From: Acidobacteriota bacterium
Lineage (GTDB): Bacteria > Acidobacteriota > Thermoanaerobaculia > Multivoradales > UBA5704
Reading direction: 5' to 3'
DNA length: 27,794 nt
Assembly (NCBI GenBank): GCA_040005235.1
Contig: JBDTZG010000065.1
Span: 1-27,794, forward strand
A program made the translations under genes and the position numbers. How positions within the stretch are numbered: the first letter of the stretch is position 1; each line of letters begins with the position of its first letter. Positions 1-7,623 of the stretch are shown one piece after another. The notes beneath the pieces were generated by a model. That model was given only the letters and a program-made list of their open reading frames with translations, was not told where the DNA came from and did not search any database.

Positions 1-1508
1 GCGTCTTCGAGCAGCTCGGAGAAGGTGCTGTAGCCGTAGTAGCCCTCGTTGAAGGCCGGCTTCTTCCGCTGCATGGTCTGCTTGATCATCGAGCCCCAAA
101 GCACGTCTTTGTTCTCGCGCAGCAGGGCCTGGATCGATTCGACCATCAGGCTGAACGCCTCGGTGCTCTTCTTGTTGACGCCGACCACGTGCGGCGCTTT
201 TTGCTGATCGCGCCAGACGTCCTCGTAGAAGATGAACTCGTCGCAGTTGTCGATCAGCAGCGCCGACGAAGAGTTCTTCACGCCGATCCCGATGACGTAC
301 TTGTTGTTCTCCTTGAGCTTCGAGACCAGCGGAGAAAAGTCGCTGTCGCCCGAGAGCAGGACGAACGTGTCGAGGTGCTCCTTCGAGTAGGAGAGATCCA
401 TCGCGTCCACCACCATCTTGATGTCCGCGCTGTTCTTGCCCGAGTAGTGCTTCTGCGGAATGTCGATCAGCTCGATCGCCGCCTCGTGGAACGGCCGCTT
501 GTAGTCGCTGTAGCGCTCCCAGTCGGCATAGGCCTTCTTGACGATGATCTTGCCTTTTTCGAGCAGCCGTTCGAGCACCAGCTCGATGTCGAACTTCTTG
601 ATCTCGGAGTCGCGCACGCCGAGCGCCACGTTTTCCAGGTCGCAAAACAGCGCGATCTTGCGCTCGTCGGCGCTGCGCCGCTCGGGCATGGTGACGACGA
701 TCTCGCGGGGGCCCATGCCGTCGTAATCGAACGCCGTCTCGCGGCGGCGCAGGACCATCTCTTCCTGCACGGGCGCGCGGCGGGTGGGCGGAGCGATCGG
801 GACCGGCATCGGGGCCGGCTCGATCTCTTCGTCGTCCTCGTCCTCTTCGTCGGGTGACGCGAGCGAGGGGTCGGCAGCCCCGGCACCGCGGCCGTTGCGC
901 CGACGGCCGCCGCGGCGACGGGAACGGCGGCGACCCTCGCGCGCTTCTTCGGTCTCGGGAGTTTCAGCAGCCGCTTCGGTCGCTTCGGCCGGTTCGACGG
1001 CCAGGTCGGCGGCCGAAACGGTGGCTGCCGGCAGGATCGGCTCGATTGGCACGACGGGAGCGATGGGGGCTACCGGAGTCATCGAAACCGGTTCGCTAGC
1101 AATGGGCTCGGCGGGTTCGATCGGCTCCGCCACGAAGGGCGACGGCGGAGGAGCGAAAAAAGCCGGCGCCGGTTCGGGCTCGTGGTCGAGCAGGGAGGAG
1201 ACCGGCGGAGCGATCTCGTCCGTGGTCGTGCGCCAGGGGCGCCAGACCGGCTCGGCCGGCGCGGCGGTTTCGACGAGCGGGGCGGGCGGCGGCGGCAGGA
1301 TCGGGGATTCGGTAATCAGCGGGTTCGGCGGGAACGGCGGGAACGACGGGGCCAGCGGGGCGCTGTCGACGATCGGCGCGGCTGCTGCCGCTTCGACGAC
1401 CGGTTCGGAGCTCTCTGCGGGCTCGGGGACGGAGGGGACAGCGGGTTCTTGTTGGGTTTCTTCCTTCGATGCGCCCTCTGCCGTGGGGCGCAGCCACCAT
1501 GGGGTCAA
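1..1508 (-). CDS. NYN (LabA/DUF88, PIN-like) domain protein with C-terminal OST-HTH/LOTUS-like region and ~280-aa low-complexity N-terminus; runs off the window edge
   Basis: Absent from the ORF track (no stop in window). Manual translation: TTG at 1508 with AGGAG 7 nt upstream; KIALFCDLENV...KKAYADW...GKNSADIKMVVDAMD...LLSGDSDFSPLV..LKENNKYVIGIG...CDEFIFY (NYN motifs), then WGSMIKQTMQRKKPAFNEGYYGYSTFSELLEDA (LOTUS-like). Confidence 0.9.
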   Translation of the reverse strand, partial: MTPWWLRPTAEGASKEETQQEPAVPSVPEPAESSEPVVEAAAAAPIVDSAPLAPSFPPFPPNPLITESPILPPPPAPLVETAAPAEPVWRPWRTTTDEIAPPVSSLLDHEPEPAPAFFAPPPSPFVAEPIEPAEPIASEPVSMTPVAPIAPVVPIEPILPAATVSAADLAVEPAEATEAAAETPETEEAREGRRRSRRRGGRRRNGRGAGAADPSLASPDEEDEDDEEIEPAPMPVPIAPPTRRAPVQEEMVLRRRETAFDYDGMGPREIVVTMPERRSADERKIALFCDLENVALGVRDSEIKKFDIELVLERLLEKGKIIVKKAYADWERYSDYKRPFHEAAIELIDIPQKHYSGKNSADIKMVVDAMDLSYSKEHLDTFVLLSGDSDFSPLVSKLKENNKYVIGIGVKNSSSALLIDNCDEFIFYEDVWRDQQKAPHVVGVNKKSTEAFSLMVESIQALLRENKDVLWGSMIKQTMQRKKPAFNEGYYGYSTFSELLED

Positions 1509-1671
1509 AACTAGGCTCCTCTCTCGTGCGCGCCCAATGAAGGCGCTAAGGATGCTGTGAAACAACGTCGCTTCGCTCGAAGCGCCCTGCCGCGAGGCAA
1601 CCCCAAACGACCGGGGGGCGCGGTCCAAAAGCGTTCGGCGGGGGCCCCATGAGGGGGCCAAGCGGAGGGTT

Positions 1672-1679
1672 AGTTTACC
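1672..1679 (-). promoter_or_regulatory. Putative -10 element (GGTAAACT) for the NYN gene, implying a ~155-nt 5' leader
   Basis: TAAACT fits TAnnnT; the same GGTAAACT octamer lies upstream of two other minus-strand genes (4298-4305, 27729-27736). Confidence 0.45.
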
Positions 1680-1710
1680 TCAAGTCTTTGATTCGGAAGC
1701 GGATCGAACC

Positions 1711-2019
1711 CTAGTCGAGATCGAACGGCCGTTTCGGCGGACCTTGATCCGGATCTTCCTCGGCGCGCTTCATCGCTTCGCGGAACTTTTCTTCGAGCAG
1801 CCGATCGCGGTCTTCGAACGCCGCCTTCTCCCGCTCGAACAGGGTCTCCGCCTTCGCCTTGCTCTCGTCCATCTCGCGGAACAGCGAGGCGAAATCCCGG
1901 CCGCCGGCCAAAGGCGCCTTCGGCTTGCGGTGCGAAAGCACCTCGCCGGTCGCGGCATCGATGACCAGGTCGGAATTGCAATCGGGACAGCGGACGGTGA
2001 GCTTGCGGGTCTCGGACAT
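1711..2019 (-). CDS. Small hypothetical protein, N-terminal CxxC (Zn-ribbon-like) plus charged helical C-terminus
   Basis: MSETRKLTVRCPDCNSDLVIDAATGEVLSH...; protein-like composition; -10-like TAGAAT 6 nt upstream of the ATG. Confidence 0.8.
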   Translation of the reverse strand: MSETRKLTVRCPDCNSDLVIDAATGEVLSHRKPKAPLAGGRDFASLFREMDESKAKAETLFEREKAAFEDRDRLLEEKFREAMKRAEEDPDQGPPKRPFDLD

Positions 2020-2025
2020 GCGGTG

Positions 2026-2031
2026 ATTCTA
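2026..2031 (-). promoter_or_regulatory. Putative -10 box (TAGAAT) giving a leaderless transcript of the 1711-2019 gene
   Basis: Minus strand reads gcTAGAATcaccgcATG; no SD sequence; overlaps the YfhO stop codon. Confidence 0.55.
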
Positions 2032-4287
2032 GCCGCCGCCGGCCTTTTGGGGTGCGCGTCCGCGAAATGCGGCCGCCCGATATGCGGCGAGAAGAAGAGC
2101 CAGGGCGGCGAGCAGGCAGCCGGCCAGAAGCCCCGGCGGGCGGTAGGAGATTTCGATCCGTTCGGTGCCCGACGGGATCTCGGCCGAAAGCAGGGCTCCC
2201 AGCTCCCGGCGGGTGGCGACCGGACGGCCCGAAGCGCGCACCCGCCAGCCTCCTTCGTCAAGAATTCCGCTCGAAAGGTGCCAGGCCTCGTTGCGCAGCA
2301 CCGGGGGCACTTCGATCCGAAGCGAGGCGGGAGAGAGGCGCTCGATCGCGAGCCGGGCCTCCGGCTCCAGCCGGCCGGCGGCGAACAGGAGGGGGACCGG
2401 ATCTGCGACCTCCCAGATCCTCGCTGTCGGATCGGCGAAAACGAGAGAGAGCGGCGGCGGGAGTGTCGTACCCGGCTCGCTCAACAAGAAGCGAACGCCG
2501 AGCCGGGGATAGAGCGGATCGAGCGGCCGGCCGAACGCGGGGACCTCGCCCTGACCGGGACTTGCCTTCCGACCGGCGACCAAGGGAGCCACCAGGTTTT
2601 CCCATGCCGCGGGCATCGCCGGGTTGTAGATCCGCAGGTCTCTGAGTCCGTAGAGGGTCGCAAGATTCGGCGGCAGCGCCCGGCCGAGCGCGGCGACCCG
2701 CTCCCCGCCTTCGGTGTGGCTTTGCAGAAAACGGATTGCCGGAGGGGTCGGAAACAGCAACCGCTTCGGCATCGGCGGGTTGGCCGGGCCGTGGATCAGG
2801 AAAAGCTCGGCGGCGAGGAGCGGCGCGAGGAGGAACGGCAGGAACCGCCGCCCACGCGCCAGAACCAGGATCACCAGGCCGGCGCCCAGGAACCTGAGCT
2901 GCCAGCGGAGCCAACCGAAGCGGAAGATCGCCATGCGCTCCGGGTCGCCCGGGTAAGGGTGCGCCACGTAAGCCCAGGCGATCGCCCCGGCGAGTCCGAG
3001 ACCGATTGCGATCGCGGCGAGGCGCGAGCTCTCGCCGCGAGAACCCTGGGTAAACCGTTCGACGGTCATCGCGCCAACGCCGGCCACGGCGAATGCGGCG
3101 ATAAAAAAAAGGCGGGGTCGGCCGAGGACCACCGCGCCGCCGAGCGCCAACGCCGCCGAGCCGAGCAGAAGCAGCTCCTGCGGAAAGCGGCGACGGGCGG
3201 GGAGGGCGGCGAGCAGGGCGCCCAGGAGGAGGATGGTTCCGACGAAGCCGGAAGCGTCTTCGTTCGTGTTGTTCGGTCCCCAATAGTCGAGATAGCGGCT
3301 GTTGCCTTGGGCGTTCGGCGCCACCAGTGGTATCGCCCGAGCGGAGAGGGCGGCGGCTGTCGGCGGCTCGCCAAATCGCGCCGCTTCGCGCATCGCGCGG
3401 GCCGAGTGCGGCAGGTAGAGCGCGGCGGGCAGAAGCGTCGGGGCGCTCACCCCCAGGGACAGAGCGAGCACCCAGGAGGCACGGACCGCGAAGGGGCGCC
3501 GAGTGTCTTTGGGGCGGCCAAGCGCGCGGGCCGCGCCGAAAGCCAAGGCGAGCACCAAGGCATAGGCGATCGTTTCCGGATGCCCCCCCTGGAGCAGGCC
3601 GAAGAGAGCGAGCCCGAGCAGCAACGCGTCACGCCGCGCACCGCGCAAGTCGAGCAGGACGACACCGTAAAGGACCGCAGGGAGCCAGGCCGCCGAGTTG
3701 GCCATCGGCCAGCCGAGCCAGAGAAGAACGAACCCGCCGAGACCGAAGCCGAGAGCGCCGCACAGCGCCGCGCCTTGCCCAAGATCGAGCCGGCGCAACG
3801 AGAGAAAGGTGAAGACCAGGGCGAGAAGTACGCGAAGCGCGCCGGTGACCCCCGCCGCGGGGCCGAGCGAAAACGGCAGCGCCAAGAGAACGAGAGGCTG
3901 GAGCACCTGCGCCTGAGGATCGGCGAGCAGCGGCATTCCGGCCCCCACCCGGTCGTTCCAAAACGGCAGCCGTCCTTCGGCGAACGCCCGCCGCACCTCG
4001 GCGTTGCTCGGCGCGATCAGTTGGATCAGATCGCCTTGGATCAGGTTGCCGTGCGGCACCATCGGAGCGAGTTGGCGAAACGGCGCTTCGCCGCGCAGGT
4101 TGTCGAGCGGCAGGAGGATCTCGCCGCGGAACAACACGCGGCCGAACAGCGCGACCAGCAACAGGCCGAACGCCGCGGCAACCCAACCCGGCACGGCGTC
4201 CCAACCTCGGCGCAGGGCGGCGAGCAGCAACGCGGCGAGGACCGCGACGTAGAGGCCCGGCAGAAGGTCGGAGACGGCGGAGGACAT
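2029..4287 (-). CDS. YfhO-family / GT-C-type polytopic membrane protein (putative membrane glycosyltransferase)
   Basis: Many TM segments; GDLIQLIAP...GRLPFWNDRVGAGMPLLADPQAQVLQP, GGHPET and C-terminal GWRVRASG...IEISYRPPG motifs typical of YfhO-like proteins. Start moved to ATG 4287 (MSSAVSDLL) because the longer ORF overlaps wzm. Confidence 0.75.
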   Translation of the reverse strand: MSSAVSDLLPGLYVAVLAALLLAALRRGWDAVPGWVAAAFGLLLVALFGRVLFRGEILLPLDNLRGEAPFRQLAPMVPHGNLIQGDLIQLIAPSNAEVRRAFAEGRLPFWNDRVGAGMPLLADPQAQVLQPLVLLALPFSLGPAAGVTGALRVLLALVFTFLSLRRLDLGQGAALCGALGFGLGGFVLLWLGWPMANSAAWLPAVLYGVVLLDLRGARRDALLLGLALFGLLQGGHPETIAYALVLALAFGAARALGRPKDTRRPFAVRASWVLALSLGVSAPTLLPAALYLPHSARAMREAARFGEPPTAAALSARAIPLVAPNAQGNSRYLDYWGPNNTNEDASGFVGTILLLGALLAALPARRRFPQELLLLGSAALALGGAVVLGRPRLFFIAAFAVAGVGAMTVERFTQGSRGESSRLAAIAIGLGLAGAIAWAYVAHPYPGDPERMAIFRFGWLRWQLRFLGAGLVILVLARGRRFLPFLLAPLLAAELFLIHGPANPPMPKRLLFPTPPAIRFLQSHTEGGERVAALGRALPPNLATLYGLRDLRIYNPAMPAAWENLVAPLVAGRKASPGQGEVPAFGRPLDPLYPRLGVRFLLSEPGTTLPPPLSLVFADPTARIWEVADPVPLLFAAGRLEPEARLAIERLSPASLRIEVPPVLRNEAWHLSSGILDEGGWRVRASGRPVATRRELGALLSAEIPSGTERIEISYRPPGLLAGCLLAALALLLAAYRAAAFRGRAPQKAGGG

Positions 4288-4402
4288 TGAGAGCGGCAGT
4301 TTACCTTTCGGTGGTTTGAGGGAAACGCCCGAGCTGCGCATGCTGAGCCGCGTCGCCGGGTCGTGAGAAGATGCGGGGGCCGCCTTTCGGCCCCCGCACC
4401 CC

Positions 4403-5206
4403 ATGCTCCAGGTCGCCGCCCAGATCTTCCGCTTCCGCGCGCTCCTCTGGACGCTCACCACCCGCGAGCTCAAGGCGCGCTATCGCGGCTCGGCGCTCGG
4501 CTATCTCTGGTCGCTCGCCAATCCGCTGCTCCTGCTCGGCGTCTATACCTTCGTCTTCAGCGTCGTCTTCCGTCCACGGGTGGCCGGCGCTGACCCGTAC
4601 GCCCTGTTCGTGGTGAGTGGGCTGTTTCCTTGGGTGTGGCTGTCGACCTCGCTGCTCGAAGGGACCGTTTCTCTCACCGCCAACTCCGGCCTGCTCCGCA
4701 AGGCGGTCTTTCCGGTCGAGCTGCTGCCGGCCGTCGCCGTGCTGTCGAACCTGTTCCATCTTCTGTTCGCCACCCCGGTGCTCGCCGGTGCGATCCTGGT
4801 CGGCCGGTTCTACGGCCATCCGGTGGGCGGCTGGGCGACTCTGCTCACCCCTCTCGTGATCCTCCTCGAAGTGCCGCTGGTGGCGGGCTTGGCCCTCGGG
4901 CTTTCGGCCTTGAACGTGCATTTCAAGGACGTCCGCGATCTGCTCACGAACCTGCTCGCCCTGGCGTTCTTCCTCACCCCGATCCTCTACCGGATCGAAG
5001 CGCTCGACGCTCTGCCGCGGGTGCAGATGGCGATCCGCGCCAATCCGTTCGCGCCGTTCGCGCTCGCCTATCAGCGGACGATCTTCGAGGGGCGGGTGCC
5101 GGAGCCTTCCCTCTGGCTGCACATGGCGCTGGTCTCCGCCCTCGCCTGGATCGCCGGGGCGTGGTTGTTCGACCGGCTGCGCGAAACGCTGGTGGAGGCG
5201 GCATGA
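4403..5206 (+). CDS. wzm: ABC-2 polysaccharide export permease (Wzm/TagG type)
   Basis: RELKARYRGSALGYLWSLANPL...YTFVF, LLRKAVFP, FKDVRDL, FFLTPILY, NPF motifs. Confidence 0.92.
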   Translation: MLQVAAQIFRFRALLWTLTTRELKARYRGSALGYLWSLANPLLLLGVYTFVFSVVFRPRVAGADPYALFVVSGLFPWVWLSTSLLEGTVSLTANSGLLRKAVFPVELLPAVAVLSNLFHLLFATPVLAGAILVGRFYGHPVGGWATLLTPLVILLEVPLVAGLALGLSALNVHFKDVRDLLTNLLALAFFLTPILYRIEALDALPRVQMAIRANPFAPFALAYQRTIFEGRVPEPSLWLHMALVSALAWIAGAWLFDRLRETLVEAA

Positions 5207-6531
5207 GTATCGGGAGCGGCGGGAGCGGCGGGGGTTCCGGGAGGGAGCCGGCGATCCGGGTGGAGGGGCTCGTCAAGCTCTACCGCCGGACCGCGCCGCG
5301 CGACCAGTTCCGCACGCTCAAGAGCGCCTTGGTCGAGCGCAGCCTGACCCGCAACCTGTCGCGCGAAGAGGCGATCGTGGCGCTCGACGGGATCGACTTC
5401 GAAGTCGCCCGGGGCGAGGCTTTCGGGGTGGTCGGCGGCAACGGCTCGGGCAAATCGACGCTGCTCAAGCTGATCGCGGGGATGATCCGGCCGAGCGAGG
5501 GCAGCGTCCGCACGGCCGGCCGGGTGGCGGCTCTGATCGAGCTGGGCGCCGGGTTCCATCCGGAGATCTCGGGGCGCGAGAACGTCTACATCAACGGCGC
5601 GGTGCTCGGGTTGTCCCGGCGCGAGATCGACCGGCGCTACGACCAGATCGTCGAGTTCTCCGGCCTCGCCGAGTTCATGGAGGAGCCGGTCAAGAACTAC
5701 TCCTCCGGCATGTACGTGCGGCTCGGCTTCGCGGTCGCGATCCACACCGATCCAGACATCCTGCTGGTCGACGAGGTGCTCGCGGTGGGCGACGAGCAGT
5801 TCTCGCACCGCTGCCTGCGCCGAATCGAAGAGCTGCTCGTCCAGGGCAAGACCGTGCTGTTCGTCTCCCACTCGCTCGACCTGGTCGCCGGGCTGTGCAA
5901 CCGGGCGCTCTGGCTCGAAGGGGGCAAGCAGCGTCTGGTGGGCAACCCGCGCCGGGCGATCGACGCCTACCGCCAAGAGGTCGCCGAGCGCGAAGGCGAA
6001 GCGCACCGGGTCGAGAGCGATCGGGCCGACGGCACCGAGCGCGGCGAAGACGGCGAGCCGCTGCGCTGGGGATCGCGCGAGGCGGAAATCCTCGCGGTCC
6101 GGTTAAGGGTCGGCGAGGGGGCCGCGGCAGAGGAGCGATACCTGCTCCCCTCCGGCGCGGCGGCGACGTTCGAGATCGACGTGGTGGCCCACCGCCCGCT
6201 CGACGATTTCGTCTTCGGCATCGCGATCGCGACGCCGCGCGGCATCTCCTGCTGGGGTACCAACACGGATCTCGGCGGTTGGCGGCCGGACCGTTTGGAG
6301 GGCTTGGGGAAGGTGCGCATCCACTGCCCCGCGCTACGCCTGGCGCCGGGCGAATACCTGGTGGACGTCGCGGTCCATGCGAAGGACGGCGCGCCCTACG
6401 ACTACCGGCGGCAAGTGCTGGGCTTTACCGTCACCTCGGAGGAGCGGGGCGAGGGGGTCTACTTCCCCGAGCATCGCTTCGCGTTCGAGGGGGGCATCGC
6501 CTGGCGCGAACCCGACCGGGACCCGGTATAG
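5203..6531 (+). CDS. wzt: ABC polysaccharide export ATPase with Wzt C-terminal carbohydrate-binding domain
   Basis: ATG at 5203 overlaps the wzm stop (ATGA); Walker A GGNGSGKST, ELGAGFHPEISGREN, YSSGMYVRLGF, DEVLAVGD, SH; beta-rich C-terminal domain (RWGSREAEI...LAPGEYLVDVAV). Confidence 0.93.
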   Translation: MSIGSGGSGGGSGREPAIRVEGLVKLYRRTAPRDQFRTLKSALVERSLTRNLSREEAIVALDGIDFEVARGEAFGVVGGNGSGKSTLLKLIAGMIRPSEGSVRTAGRVAALIELGAGFHPEISGRENVYINGAVLGLSRREIDRRYDQIVEFSGLAEFMEEPVKNYSSGMYVRLGFAVAIHTDPDILLVDEVLAVGDEQFSHRCLRRIEELLVQGKTVLFVSHSLDLVAGLCNRALWLEGGKQRLVGNPRRAIDAYRQEVAEREGEAHRVESDRADGTERGEDGEPLRWGSREAEILAVRLRVGEGAAAEERYLLPSGAAATFEIDVVAHRPLDDFVFGIAIATPRGISCWGTNTDLGGWRPDRLEGLGKVRIHCPALRLAPGEYLVDVAVHAKDGAPYDYRRQVLGFTVTSEERGEGVYFPEHRFAFEGGIAWREPDRDPV

Positions 6532-6651
6532 ACTCCTCCTCGAGCCCGATCGGAAATACCGGGGTAGTCAGAAACCCCAGGCGACTTTGACCCTTAGTCG
6601 CAGTCTCCTAGATTTGCCGACCGCGCTTGAACCTCAAGGAGGCCACTTCCC

Positions 6652-6933
6652 GTGCCGCCGACCGACGAACCGTTCAACATCAAGATCGAGGACGAGGAGC
6701 TGAAAGGCCGCTACTCGAACCTCTTGCGCATCCTGCACACGCAGGAGGAATTCATCCTCGATTTCGTCAACCTGGTGCCGCCGCAGGGGATCGTCGCCGC
6801 GCGCGTGATCACCAGCCCCGGCCATTTGAAGCGCATCGTCCGCGCTCTGGCGACCAACCTCGAACGCTACGAGCAGACCTTCGGACCGATCCCCGAGGCC
6901 CCCGGCCCGGAGGGGGACGACAACGTCCATTGA
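6652..6933 (+). CDS. DUF3467-like small protein
   Basis: GTG start with AGGAGG SD; GRYSN...HTQEEFILDF...ARVITSPGHLKRIVRAL..NL.RYEQTFG.I pattern. Confidence 0.85.
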   Translation: MPPTDEPFNIKIEDEELKGRYSNLLRILHTQEEFILDFVNLVPPQGIVAARVITSPGHLKRIVRALATNLERYEQTFGPIPEAPGPEGDDNVH

Positions 6934-6937
6934 GGCG

Positions 6938-7561
6938 ATGGCGAGGCGCCTGCCGCGCGCCCTGCTTTTCTGCGCGCTGCTGCAAGCCTGCGCAACCGGC
7001 GGAAGTCCCGCCGAGGCGGCGCGCTCCTGGGCGGAAGGCCCCGCGCGCTGGCTCCTGCTTCCCGACGAGATCGGGGAGATCCGCCACCTGCGCGACGATC
7101 GCGCGGTGCTCGCCGCGATCGACCGCTTCTGGCAGCGTCGAGACCCCGATCCGGCGGTCCCCGGCAATCCGGCGAAGAAGGCCTTTACCGAGCGGGTGGC
7201 CAATGCCGACAGCCTCTACGCGGACGGCGACCGGCGCGGCTGTCTCACCCCGCGGGGCCAGGCGCTTGTACTGTTGGGACCGCCGCCCGCCCTGCGCTAC
7301 AACCAGCGCGAAGTGAAACAGCTTCAACCGCGGCGGGTGGCCGGCGAAGCGGTGACCGCCGTCCACATCGCCTCGTTCGAGGCGTGGATCTACGGCCCCG
7401 ACGACCTCTCGCCGACGCTCCAAAAGCTGCTCGAAGACGCCGGGCGCGAGGCCTCGATCTCCCTTCTCTTCGAGGATCTCGGCGACGATCGCTCCCGGCT
7501 GATCGAAGGGCGGGAGTTTCTGGCACTCGCGGCCAAATCTTGGCTGCGCGACGGAGCGTAA
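6938..7561 (+). CDS. GWxTD-domain-like lipoprotein with degenerate signature
   Basis: Lipobox LQAC; W.EGP..WLL..DE...FWQRRDP.P....N.....F..RV..AD..Y then GCLTPRG...VLLGPP (canonical GWxTDRG...GxP). Confidence 0.75.
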   Translation: MARRLPRALLFCALLQACATGGSPAEAARSWAEGPARWLLLPDEIGEIRHLRDDRAVLAAIDRFWQRRDPDPAVPGNPAKKAFTERVANADSLYADGDRRGCLTPRGQALVLLGPPPALRYNQREVKQLQPRRVAGEAVTAVHIASFEAWIYGPDDLSPTLQKLLEDAGREASISLLFEDLGDDRSRLIEGREFLALAAKSWLRDGA

Positions 7562-7623
7562 GGGTCCCCCCCCGCGGTTGTGAGATCCTTCCTCTCGGAC
7601 CGAGAAGGGCAAGGGAGATTCCA

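Noticed and set aside
1744-4290. 848-aa plus-strand ORF (likewise 24813..26942, 189..857, 784..1560 and other long overlapping ORFs)
   Set aside because: Antisense or off-frame shadows of well-supported genes in high-GC DNA; no motifs.
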